From: Octopus sinensis
Lineage: Eukaryota
Direction: 5' to 3'
DNA length: 64,000 bases
Assembly: GCF_006345805.1 (NCBI RefSeq)
Contig: NW_021825323.1
Coordinates: forward strand, 1,054,001 to 1,118,000
In this document: one piece after another, positions 11,085-23,699 of the stretch
Layout of the letters: each line of letters begins with the position of its first letter
How positions within the stretch are numbered: the first letter of the stretch is position 1
Translations under genes and position numbers: made by a program
Notes under the pieces: model-generated
What the model was told of the DNA's origin: nothing
Databases searched by the model: none
Seen by the model: only the letters and a program-made list of their open reading frames with translations

Positions 11085-12700
11085 ATGTCTGATTCTGTGG
11101 AACCATTACGTACCCAAGCACATGACGAAAATAAAAATAATCCTGAAAAAGTATATAATATATAAATAATGTAAGCAAAATTTGGAGTCAGAACAGTTTC
11201 GAAAAGTGTTTATTGGTGGAATAAATTTCCGTACCAACGAAGACATTCTCCGCAGCCATTTTGGAAAATATGGAGAAATAATAGACTGTGTTGTTATGAG
11301 AGATCCACGTTCAAGAAGGTTTAGAATTGTAATTCAACTATTAGAACTCGTGGATTTGGATTTGTAGCCTTCAAACATTCAAGTTCAGTTGACGAAGTTC
11401 AACGGAACAGACCTCATGTAATTGACGGAAAAGAAGTGGAGACCAAGAGAGCAATGCCTCGTGAGGTACGTACATATTTCCACACTCACGTCTTGTTGTC
11501 TCTCGTTAGACATGTTGTGATAGTCTATTTGAACTGTCTAGCTTAGTTTAGGACGCAGATAAGCCAGATTCACATGTCACTACTAAAAAATTATTCATTG
11601 GTGGAGTTAAGAACCCAGAATTGACTGAGGATATGCTTAAAGACTATTTTTGCTCATTTGGAGAAATGGAAAGTCTAGATATAATAACAGACAACAATAC
11701 GGGCGAGAGGCGGGGCTTTGCCTTCGTTAAGTTTTTCGATTACGATAGTGTCGACAAAGCAGCACGTATATATTATTAAGTAGGGCTCTTCGGAGCACTT
11801 TCTACGCTGATATTTATTAATTATTTTAGAAATGAAGAATCATGTGGTGAAAGGATACAAACTTGAGGCTAAGAAAGCACTTTCCAGACAAGAAAGGGAG
11901 TTTGCTCATGAAAAGATAAGAAGTCAGAATATGTTTTCATATGGACGTGGTGGAGGTTCTCAAAATAGTTATAGAGGTCGGGGATATGGTCAGATTGTTT
12001 TATTTTTATATTTAGGCGATGGGGGACGCTATGATCCACGGTTAGCGGAGTTTAGAGGTGGCTATGCGAAATATCCTCGCGGAGAACGGGATGACTACTA
12101 CCGGGATAACAGACAACGTTATATGCCGTATGGAGGACCCCAGGCACATCAAGCCCCCAACTACTATATGGACTATGATCCATATGGCTATCAACCACAA
12201 TATCCTCGTTTTTCATTTTTGTGATTGCTTAGATTATCGTGAACGTTGGGATGACCAAGCACCTGCTTATAACAGGCCGTGGTCTGAGCCTGCGAGAACA
12301 GCTGGTCATTATCCTCCAATTCATCCCTATCCACGAGATGGAGGATATCATCCATGGGGGCCCAATTCGTCCTATTCTTCCATTCCTCCCACAACCTCTT
12401 CTCAGAGTCAAAAGGAGCCACTTCCGGTTCCCACTATTCCCAGTTCATATATGGACAAGGATGGTAAATTTCCACTGTTGAATCGATCTGGAGTTAACTA
12501 CGAATCTTTTCCTACTACTTCCGTTTCACGTCCTCCTATAAGTATATTTGTGGATTGATATTTTTGTAGACTATGGGGCACCTGTAAATGCTTATATGCG
12601 TCAAAATCCGGGTGTCCAGACGCCTTCTTCAGTAGCAAAGGGACCAAAAGACCCAATGCAAGACGCGAAATTTTCGAACCCAGCTTATAGACCATTTTGA
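11085..12700 (+). CDS. HNRNPA1: hnRNP A1/A2-like two-RRM protein with Gly/Tyr/Pro-rich tail
   Basis: RRM1 reads ESEQFRKVFIGG...DCVVMRDPRSRRTRGFGFV...RPHVIDGKEVETKRAMPRE. RRM2 reads KKLFIGGVK...RRGFAFVKF. A YRGRGY/PY-rich tail ends YRPF*. Introns include 25, 26, 86, 64, 27 and 25 nt. Confidence 0.9.
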
Positions 12701-12789
12701 AAACTTTTTTGATTCCTTAATTAGTAATTAATTTCATTTGTTTTTTTCTCTTATTAATGCTTATTGCCTTACATTATTTGATATATTTT

Positions 12790-13779
12790 AAACAAGCTTC
12801 CCTTCCTGTCTCCTTTGGAGGTCTTGGCATCCGAAATCCTACCGATGTGTCCCGCCCCGCATTCCTGTCTTCACTGTACAGCAGTCAAACTCTGGTTCAG
12901 AAGATTCTCCATCTCCTCCCCGAATCTTCATTACCTAAGATGACTGCCTACTTTGACAGTTGGAGAGCAAACGAATCGAAGCTGCCGTCGGACTTCTCCT
13001 CACAGAAGAGTTATGACAAGATTGTGTGTGAAGGTCGGTTCGAGAGTCTTCTAAAGACATCGAATCAACACCGTAGAGCATGCTTGCTTGCCGGGAGGTC
13101 CACGGGGAGTGGAGAATGGTTGGAAGCCTTCCCGATCGGAAGCTTGGGGACTCTCTTGGATTCTGACACACTGCGAGTCGGTATCTGTCTACGTATCGGT
13201 CTCAAAGTTTGTGAACCACACAAATGCCGCTGTGGTGCATCGATTGATCAATTTGGACTTCACCCTTTTTCCTGTCGAAAAAGCGCTGGTAGATTCCCGA
13301 GGCATTCAGCTCTCAACGACGTTATAAGAAGACCTCTCGATTCAATCGGATTCCCATCAGTGCTGGAACCACCTGGATTGGACCGAGGAGATGGAAAACG
13401 CCCAGACGGGATGACTATCTTTCCGTTTTTGGAAGGGAAGCCTCTCGTATGGGATTCAACATGTTCCGACTCCTTGTCCAAGACAAATATGTTGGAAAGT
13501 GCCTGCAATGCTGGCACAGCTGCGGATAGAGCAGAGGACATCAAGAAGAAGAAATATGATGGGCTCACCGATCGTTTCGTTTTCCGGCCGGTTGCTGTCG
13601 AAACCCTGGGATCGATTGGGAAGGAGTCGTTGCGCTTCCTCATGTGTATTGGACGTCTCAAGACCCTGAGAACACACAATCCTCTGGAGACGAGATGGCT
13701 CCTCCAGAACGTGTCCCAAGCAATAGTGAGGGGAAACTGGATTGCCATCAGTTCTTCTGCTTTACATACATTAGTCTAA
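12790..13779 (+). mobile_element. 5'-truncated CRE-clade non-LTR retrotransposon (open 3' ORF with Zn knuckle and RLE)
   Basis: Reads GGLGIR...CRCGASIDQFGLHPFSC...RH...LNDVI...KRPDG...WDSTC...KKKKY...VAVETLG. Nearly identical to about 46287-47255 on the minus strand. Confidence 0.9.
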
Positions 13780-14189
13780 AAATAAAATAGTTGTAGTTTA
13801 AAAAATTATTAGAAATATATCGATCGCTTTAATAGGTTGAAATCAGGATGGACATTTGTATAAAAACGGACATAACAGTAGAGCTTAAAAAGCCTAATTT
13901 ATTTGTCTTTCACTATAAGACAATCCCATATTTATTGTTGTTTGAATAACTTTTGCTTCAAACAGGTAATAGTTAAAAACTACGACCTTATATCAGCTTG
14001 ATATCAAACTGGCTGTACTAAATTAGCACTTTTTAGTGACTCCAAACTTTTTGGAGTGTTTTAAAGCACTAATCATAATTGAAAGAACACATGCATGCAT
14101 CTATAATGAAAACATTGGAGGGCATCATTGTCTCATATTGGAATAGAATCAAGCTGTAGCAGAAGGACTTAAATTAAAAAAACCTTCTT

Positions 14190-14255
14190 TAGTTCGGTAG
14201 CAGTTCTTCAGAAAGTGAATCGTACATGTGGAATTTTTCTACTTCAACTTGCTTT
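14190..14255 (-). mobile_element. Short R4-like RLE retrotransposon remnant
   Basis: QVEVEKFHMYDSLSEEL is near-identical to QVEVEKFHKYDLLANEL of the copy at 1-510. Confidence 0.5.
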
Positions 14256-14347
14256 AAATTTTCATGAGATTTAACTTCCACTTAGATAATAATTATTTCG
14301 TTTTTTGTTTATTATTAACGATATTGTTTATTAATAATTAATTTTGA

Positions 14348-15587
14348 ATGTTGAGTTTTACACGCATATTACGTGTATCGAATATTAAACAATGTTCCAC
14401 CCGAATTAATGGAAAGGACTATCCTCGGGATAAATGGACAAATTTAACCGAAAAAGTAATTCGTTTGGTCAATGGAGAAAAATTATTGACAAAACCTTAT
14501 CATCCTCACAGTCTTATAAAAGACCGAATTACATCTCATTTCAATTTAAATTACAAATTTAATGGCAATCCCATATTTACTGTGTTTGACAATATTAATT
14601 GTGTGGTCACTCCTGTCGACAATTTTGACCGACTGCTTATCTCTCATGATCACCCCTCCAGAAGTCCTGCCGATACATATTACATTAATTCAGACTTTCT
14701 CCTAAGGACTCACACATCCGCACATGATTATCAACTTATTCAATCGGGCCTCGACAACTTTATCATCTTTGGTGATGTTTATAGAAAAGATTCTGTCGAT
14801 TCAACTCATTTTCCAGTCTTTCATCAATTTGAATGTGTTCATTTAAGTAATACGCCAAAAAATCTCGAAAATGATTTAAAAAATACAATCGAAAAGTTAG
14901 TTTTGGACATTTTTGGAAAAAGTTTGTTTATTATCAAAATTCAGAGACCAAATGCCACTGGAAAGAGGACTTTTTTCCCTTCACTCACCCTTCATGGGAG
15001 CTGTCATTAGAAATTGATTCTGGAGACCAAATTGAGATTTGTGGGTGCGGAATTCTAAGGCCCGAGATTATTGCCAGTGGTAAATACCCGATAATTAACT
15101 CTTAGCTGGAGCTGGCCACAAATATGGTGGATGGGCTTTTGGAATTGGAATAGACCGTTTAGCTATGAAATTATACGAAATTGGTGATATTCGTCTTTTT
15201 TGGTCCAAAGACGAAAGGTTTTTAAATCAATTTAAGACCCTCGATTTTACTAAGCCGATTAAGTTTAAAGTTAGTTGTATTGTTCAGCAATAGTAGCCAT
15301 TTAGTAAACATCCTGCTTGTATTTTCGACATGTCATTCTGGCTTAGCTTAGAAACGGAATTTTCAGAATCGGATTTTTTTGACCTGTCCCGATCTTTGTC
15401 CGATGATAAAATTGAAAAAATTGAATTAATTGACATATTTAAACATCCAAATTCCAGGAGGATTTCTCATTGTTACCGTTTCTATTACAGGGATATGCAC
15501 GGTGTTATGACTGATGGTCAAGTTCAAAATATTCATAAAAGAATAGAAGACGAAATGACTAAACTTTTTAAAATTCAAATAAGATAA
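14348..15587 (+). CDS. FARS2: Mitochondrial phenylalanyl-tRNA synthetase
   Basis: Motifs [71 protein letters not shown], and the C-terminal anticodon-binding domain (DMSFW...SHCYRFYYR). Three introns of 23-27 nt. Confidence 0.93.
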
Positions 15588-15834
15588 TTTTCAAAAATAG
15601 AACAATTTTTAAAAAGATATTTATAAACAAAGTTTAGACACAAGGTAGTTTTGAACGGGAATAAACACCGCAGTATAATATTTTGTTAAATGTATAATTC
15701 TGGATATAAATATATAAAATACTGAAAACTGCGTTTAGAGTATGGTTCTGCGGTAGAAACCAGCCCTTAATACAACAATAAGTAGCTAGCCATTGAGCTG
15801 TAGTTCGCTGAACTATTACCCCTGTGAAACAACT

Positions 15835-16260
15835 ATCTGCATTCGGGAATTGAAGTCTACGTCTCGGCTTATCCGTTTTGGGCAAACACCGATGCCGCTG
15901 CGGTGTACGAACCGACGAGTTTATCTACTGCTCTCACTTCATGTCGAACTAAACTACACATCATCTTTCGATCTCTCCGAACTTCACTTTCAATTGGAAC
16001 CTGTAGTCTAAGACGTGCCTGAACTCTTATTTTGACTAGAACATTAAATTCTTAATACCAAATCCTGGAGCCCTTTCTGAACGGACCGAATGAAAAAAAT
16101 AAGAAATATGATGGAGTCGGGAATGGCAGAGTTTTTTCACCCTGACAGTCAAAACGTGAGAGATGAACGGATTTTATATTCGAAATCTACTCAGTCGGAT
16201 TGGCTCACTTATGATAAGAGTTACTGACAACCACCCTGAGCACCTCTTTAGGAGAATCTA
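15835..16260 (+). mobile_element. Degenerate CRE-clade fragment
   Basis: LRLGLSVLGKHRCRCG corresponds to the CRE Zn-knuckle region; downstream decayed KKYDG; many frameshifts. Confidence 0.55.
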
Positions 16261-16299
16261 AATAGTTCATAATGTCAAAAAAGAAACAATTCTGACAGA

Positions 16300-17162
16300 G
16301 CTGAAAATTCAGTATAACAAGTCAGATAGCTTTATATCAAAAAATATGTAGTTTTATTTGGGATAACATAGACAGAACATTTTTTAAATAAAAATACAAA
16401 TTTCTTAGGGAAATTCTCGAATCCGCCACATTTACAAAAAAATAATTTTTGTTTTAATTTTACCCGTGGGAGAAACCTTACTTTTGCAGCCACTAAACCA
16501 AAAAATCATTAAATATTTTAAAGAAACTATTAACAACTGAAAGTTCAATTACATCATTGACAAAATTGAAGCTGGCGTCGACTCTTTTAGTGCATATAAG
16601 TCTGTTACATTAATGATTCAATATTTTCACCCATTTTTATGGAAAATGTATAACCAGAAGCAATTTTTAATTGTTTCATGAATGGAAAATGGATTCCAAG
16701 CGAAATAGATTGTTCAACCATAATTCCAAATGAAATAAAACAATTTGATACTTTTATACAAAAATTACAAATTAACGACCCATTGACTGAGCAGGATTTT
16801 ATTAAATACGGCTACACTGAGAATGACGAATTAATCGAAATGTCTCAAGATCATACATCTGAAAATTTCGAAACAGTTCCTCTCGACGAGGCTATTGATG
16901 AAAATTTAGTTGAGATCACCAAAAATAAAAATGTGGATATTGTAGATTCTTTTCGGGAATTAGACACCTTAAGAGACTATTTTAAACTGAATGTGACAGA
17001 CATGGAAACTTAAAACATGTGATAAAAACTAAAATTACTGATTTTTAAATAAAAAATTTTTCATGTATTCATAAGAAAATAATTCCAAAATCGATAAAAC
17101 TCTCTCAAATCTGCCATTTTTGGTTCCTGACCAAAATGTGGAGGATTTGAGAGAATTTACTG
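16300..17162 (+). mobile_element. pogo/Tigger-like (DDE_1) DNA transposon remnant with one recognisable end
   Basis: LILPVGETLLLQPLNQKIIKYFKE resembles the LQPLDQGII motif. An acidic C-terminal ORF lies at 16678-17013. The end ...GAGAGAATTTACTG is followed by TA and carries an internal inverted repeat (TCTCTCAAATC/GATTTGAGAGA). Confidence 0.6.
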
Positions 17163-17396
17163 TACAACCAATGAGGAGCTGACACAATTTTAAAATTTAA
17201 GTAAACAACAAAACAACTTTAAAGCGGTATAAATAATGTAATAGCGGAAGTCCACAAAGCCGAAAAATACAGACAACTCGCCGCCCAACATTTCTTTGTC
17301 CCTTTGGTCTTCGAGACCTCCAAAGCAGAAATAAATTATTTTTCTAAAGATCCTGATCTTTGATTTTTCAAAGGGGGCAGAAGATATGGCGGACAT
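17160..17396 (-). CDS. Hypothetical small protein, head-to-head with RalGAP alpha, possibly interrupted by the pogo remnant
   Basis: ATG-initiated 68-codon ORF about 200 bp from the RalGAPA start. A plausible GT-AG intron leads to LLIGCT immediately before the pogo end. No family recognised. Confidence 0.3.
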
Positions 17397-17598
17397 GATA
17401 TTTAATTGAACTAATTAAAAATGTTGTTTTTAACAAAACAGAATATAAAAAACACAAGTTTATTTAACATATGTAATATCCCATTTTTATTATTTAGATT
17501 TTTTAATAAAATAAGTTATTATTAAGTTCTTACTTGTCACCAGATAAGCACTTTGGAATATTAATTGTATATACTTATTTATGTATTTAAAAGACTAA

Positions 17599-20500
17599 AT
17601 GTTCATAAAACGAAAAGATGACTCAAAAAGAGGTCCTCACCTCATCAACAAAGTATTGGATCCCCGTAAAGAAAGTTTTTCTCGAATGCGTGCCCTCTCT
17701 CAATTGATTGGTTTTTACCATTACATAAATTAACAGTCAGTGAGCATTTTCAAACCAAGATTGAGCTCAAAAAATTTGTTGAAAATTACAAACTGGAAAT
17801 TTTCTACATTTTTCATGACAATTTTCTTATTATTGAATCTTTAATGAAACAAAGAGGTAGACTATATCCTTCTTACATATTTTAGTAAACAAGGCTCATA
17901 TGGTCGATATGAACTGTGTAATTCTTATTCTCGATGTTTTAATAGTTTTGTTTATTTATTTATTAGGTTATCATTGCTTTCTGTCCAAAATTACTTGGGG
18001 AAAGATTATGGAACTACAATTCACTGAGTGCTTATTTTTTATTAAAATTTTTAGTTTCTGTATTTCAACGACTCACTGCAAGTTCCAATAAACTCAACGT
18101 TTCTATAAATTTTATCATTTTTAGTACCGAATTAGCGGAATCAGACTTTTTCTCCGTTGGTTTCAGACTCTAAGACCCTACACTCCACCAGATGCGATTG
18201 AACTTTTCTCTACAACTGTGCCTCTGGTAAGTCACGTTCGGCCAGTTTCTCTCAAATGTATTCTTCTGTCCATCCTAACTTAAAGTGGGTGGACAAATAT
18301 GTCCTCTGCCGAATTACGGCTCAGTCCCATCTCAAACAAGTGACAAGACTCCCGAACAGACAAACATAGATGTTTTTAGAGCTTTTCTCTATCTTTTATC
18401 CCAAGAAGTTAATGAGGTGATAAATAAGTTGAAGGTTATGAGGATTGAGTGGACAGATCCCGACGAAAGTCGAGTCTCCTCTTTCGAATTTCTTTTCAAC
18501 CACCTTCATGATGTCTACCTTAAAAAAATATTCTCAGATTTTGAGAGTGACCGAACTGTGCTGCAACCATCGACTGGTTTTTTGGTAGTTTGACTAATCA
18601 GTAGAATTGTTGAGTCCGACATCTCTAAACTCAAAAATCGACGGTGGTTCTCGGTTTAATCTTCTTGTACAAGAAGTTGTAATTCGCTGGCTTGGACATC
18701 ATCTCAGAGTCGGCTCTGATAAGCGCGGGTCATTGAAATGGGCGTATTTTTTTAAATTATATTTATTTCAGCACTTCGACTTCAAATGTGAACGACGTCA
18801 CTGATGTTATGGATTTGGGACTTTCTTTTAGACAGTTTGAGTCGGTAAGGTAATAATTCTAATTTATAGTCTTCAATGAATGTCAATCAGCCAGTTCAAA
18901 GTGATATCAATTTTTTGAGACGTGCTCTGACGAATGAGGAGAGTGAAAGACTAACATGTCTCATGAAAAGAGTTCTTTTATCGTCCAAATCCAATTACGT
19001 TGAAACTGTCCATCACATTTTGAGACAGGTTCCATAACTGAAAATAAATTTCAGGTATTTTTCATGCCTGTTCAATTTGATCACTGCATGCTTTCAGTTT
19101 TAATGTTTTTTAAAGAAATGCTTATTTCTCTAGTTTGTTTATTTTTATTCTTTTAGACCGAATCGACGAACGTTCCTTCGTTTTTGGATGTTTCTTTGAA
19201 GGTGTGAGGCAGTGTTTATTTTACAGGATGAATACTCAGTAGATCCTCAGCAATACTACATTTATTTTCTTACAAATTCTGCAAACCTTTTCCTTATTTC
19301 TCCTACAAACCTAAATCTTATGGAATCACACGTTTATTGAATTAATTCAAGTTAGTTGACTGTGTGTAATCGTGTCCTGGTGTTGTATCAATATATTTCT
19401 TCTAATCTTCCACTTTCACAGAATACATGGTTTATAATATATTGATATTCAGGGTTCAAATGATTACAGTACTTATACATATAATATCCTCAATCATGAA
19501 TAACAAAGTTACTCTTTCGGAAGAAGGATCTCAAATTTCGGATGACAATTCAAATATATTTGCAGACAAGCTTTCAAACATTCTTTTTGAAGTTTTTGAA
19601 ATTATTATTGTAGAGTATATTGATTGCGACAATTCGAGCTTCTCTGGCCACAATCATAAGTGACAGTTTGTGGAATAAATTGACTCGTTTTTTATCATCA
19701 TTTAACAATTCCAAAGCTTTGGTGTGCGAGTGGACTGTATGTGATTTTACTAAGTAAAATTAGAAAACAATGATGAGTTTGACGAAGGCCTTGGCTTTGC
19801 ATGCTTATGAAATTAATTTGTCTTGTTTGCCATTGGACAGAATCGTCGAACGAAAGGAAAAAATTAAACAGCGAGGATGTTTAACTCCCATGGAAGATGT
19901 GAACCAACAGTCAAACCAAAACATAAACCCAGATCGCGTATGGGGGAGTCTTTCAGGAATTGTCACTGTCCATAAATTTATTGAAAATAATACATTATCG
20001 GAACAAGGTTGAATTTATAAGAATATATTATAAACTTAGTCGAAGGCAATGAGCCCACCTCGACTAATACTGTGAGTCCAATATCCGTCGCCTCGAACAG
20101 TTTGTCGAATTTCCGTGATTTTGGTCAGTAATTTTTCTGTATTGGCAGATGAAGAGGAGCCTTCCATTCACACGGACGAAAATGAGCACACTGGTGAAAT
20201 CTCCTTTGCGAGTGAGCCAAAGGACGAGATTGACGGTATTCATACTGATAATTATGATAGACGACTTCAACGTGGCTGCATATGAAGACTTTATGGACTT
20301 TGGTAATAAAAGTCCCAGCAATACATTGCCTGATGATGGTAGTCTATTTAGTTAAGTGCAGATTCTCGAAATGTAAGTTGTGCATCACCTAAAGTCGAAA
20401 CCCAGGGAAATTTGGTGTGTGGGTGGAATGCTCAGGTCGCTATGAAAATGTGGAAGTTTATTATTGGGATTATTGGAAATGTTAACGAAATAAAGAATCC

Positions 20501-23500
20501 ACAAGTCCTCTTTCAAGTCTATTCATTTTTCCTTGAGTTAACAAACAAGTTTATTTTGGTGAATATTTCAAAAATTTATTCTGGTTTTAGATCAGGAAAA
20601 ATCAAGGAATATCGGTTAACAATATTTGCTCCCTTCCACGTCCAGATTCTATTCCTCCAATAACATTTATTCTCCCCTGGCTATTGGACGTTTATTTCTG
20701 CTTTTCATTAAACATAGGCCTGTTTTTTGCCTACAGATTACAAGACTTCCCGTCTTGTAGCATTTAAGACTGTCTGTCTGATATTGACAAATATTGCTCG
20801 CGACTCTCTGATTGGTCGAGAAGAACTAAACATATTTTACGTGGTCCTCCATGAATCTTCAGTCTCTTCAGATTTGGTTTAGGGTGACTTTGAGATAGTT
20901 TAGGAAATAATAAATAACTTGATAGAACATGCTTCTCTTCTCATGTCTTGTATGCTGCCCGGCCTTTCTCTATTTTATCTTGATTTATTCGACGCCTCCA
21001 TGATGGTCCTTTCTGTGGCCAATAATGTATTATGTTCTGCCGGAAATTGTAGTCTTTTAATAGTATGAACGCAGTGAAGACCCTTTTTCTTCTTTTTAGT
21101 CTGTCTTCAGCTGAATCCTGTTTTGAAGTGATCAGTCCTCAGCCGAACGAGCATGTTGTTATTTCCTGTCCAGATTTGAGAGTTTTAAAAATATTTTTGA
21201 TATATTTAAAGGAAAGATTGATTCACAGTATGATCAGTATTGCCAAATCTGAAAAGGACGTGGAGACAAAGTTGATTGATATAAGCATGTTTAGGTGTCT
21301 TGCCTTAAATTGTGTCGGGAATATGATTTACTCTTTGCTTTGTAACCTCAACTGTGAATCTGTTCTGATTGAGGCTGTTGACGTTCTCCTAGCCAATACC
21401 AAAGTTTATTTTTTGTTCTATATTCCAGTCGAGTAATGTTTTGGTGATTGACACAGCCGTATGTCTGCTGAATCATATTTCTGAATTAGCAGAAAGCTTT
21501 ACTGGATTGATATTCAATCTGCCTCGTCATATTGTTGAGGTAATTTATTTGCTTATTTAGACTTTATGTGCTTCTTTGGTCATATTGCCCACCATAGCTG
21601 AGCCTGTTGGGTCTTCTTTTCAGACATATCTGGGACTGATTTTTTGCATAGCCAACTGGTGTATGAACATGCATTTTTCTGTGCTGGTCGATTCGTCTTT
21701 ATCTGATAAAATACTTTTAATTAACGTTTTTAAGGTTTTATGTGTTTTTTTAATTTAGGTGCTGATTGGGGCTGCCAATGGTTCTTCCGGTGATAGACTA
21801 TCTTCGACTGATAATATTGATTTGGGAAAGGTCTTTGAGCAAATTTCCTCAAAGGGAACAACTTCGGTCCCCGGAGAGGGTTCCTATCTGCCTTCACTGG
21901 TTCAATACGTTGGTTTAAGTTGATTTTATAAACTAGGTTATTCATCATTTAATTGAAAATTTATTCATATTGGACGGAAATACAGCCCTTGTGTCACTTT
22001 CTAACGGGGCAGATGAGACATTAGATGGCTCTGAATTGACTTCTGCAGTACTAGAAATGCCAAATGTTCAGGTTTTATTTTATAATCCATAGTTTATAGT
22101 TTTACATTTCTTCAGCCGAAAACTCGATATTTACATTCATTCATATTCCCCTTGTATGTTACTTCATACTTTTTATATATTTTATAATATCATAATATTT
22201 TTAGGAGAATGGGGAATCAAAGTGCCGTGTGATTGTGCGGACAGTGAGTGGAAGGCACAGCTTAGACATTTTCGATTATGAAATAGCAGAGGATGACACT
22301 AAATGTTGCAGTATTCCAACATGTGGTAATATTGAGAGGTATATTTGTAATTGAGAAATTAAAGTGGAGATTTTCCTTCCAGGTCATATAAACAATCCAA
22401 TCAAATTTATAACGGGCCTCTCAATAAGGTTTAGATTTGCATTATTTTCAGGTGTTGGATGACATTAGTGTCACTTCTCCTGACTGTTTCTTGGGTGAGG
22501 GAGCCCATATTGACCAGCCTGGAAATTGTACATTTATTTCTGAAGAGTACTACGAGGGAGTCAAAAAGGCAGTCGACTCGTATATTAAAGTGGAGCATGA
22601 ATGGACTTGTTCTCAGGCACCAAAAAAGAGGTTGTTTAAACAATGACGACTTTAAAGAATTGTGAGTGGTTGCTTACAACAAAACAAGGAAGAATCTCAA
22701 TTTAATTTTGAAAAATGTCGATCCTTTATTAATTTTCTTGGTTTTTTTCGTTTTCAAAAAAAGTAGTGATTTTTGACCACATATTTTAGATTTCCGATGT
22801 ATCTTTTTAAAAAAAACGAGAAACTTTTACGTGAACTGAAATATTTGGACGGTCAGAAATGGTTTTGTTTGCAGACTCTCAAATTTTAGTCGCGAAGTTT
22901 TCAAAATCGCTGTGATCTATGTTGGAGAGGGACAAGAGGACAGACAATCCATTTTGTCTAACTTGGAGGGGAGTCGGAGTTTCTCTAAATTCGTGGCATG
23001 TCTTGGGTGGAAAGTAGAACTCAAATCACACTGTGGATATATGGGAGGACTGTCCCAAAATTACGAAAGTGGAGATTCTCCGGCGACCATAACGTATTAC
23101 AGCACTTCCATGTTGGAACTGGTCTTTCACGTGTCTACGGAGTTGACTGGATTTATTGGTGATTTCAACCAGAGGGTAATTTTTAACAATTTGAATATGG
23201 AAGCTCCGTCATATTGGGAATGATGAAGTCCACATTGTTTGGTCAGAGAATTGGAGAGACTATCGACGCCGGATTATTGCAACGGACTTTGCAGATGCAA
23301 TTATAGTAATATACCCACTCCAGTCTGGTCTATTCAGAATTGAATTGAATTTGAAGCCAGAATTTGTCGATTTTTAATTTTCTACTTTTAGAGTGAAATA
23401 CGATGCTGGCCTCTTTTCGATGGAGCCATAGTAGACCAGCATAGTCTGCCTGGCTTGGTCCGTGCCTCTGCAGTGAATATCAACCGAATCTTACAGCAGT

Positions 23501-23660
23501 ATCGTCAATTCTACGTTCCTTTGTATTTTTCGAGTATATTGTAAACTCTAGTTTTGTCGAGAGAAGTGCATATTTGTCAACGATGATGAAAAACTATTCG
23601 GACGATGTCAGTTTTGGGAATTTTTGTTGTCGTTCATTTGAGCCGAGTTTTACAGTTTAA
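17599..23660 (+). CDS. RALGAPA: Ral GTPase-activating protein alpha subunit, multi-exon
   Basis: N-terminus MFIKR...[16 protein letters not shown] and [13 protein letters not shown]-terminal Rap-GAP domain [13 protein letters not shown]...FVACLGWKV...FHVST...[15 protein letters not shown]...PLFDGAIV. More than 20 introns, mostly 21-33 nt. Confidence 0.92.
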
Positions 23661-23699
23661 TCATTTATTATATCCAAATTGTGACTATTAGTAATTATT

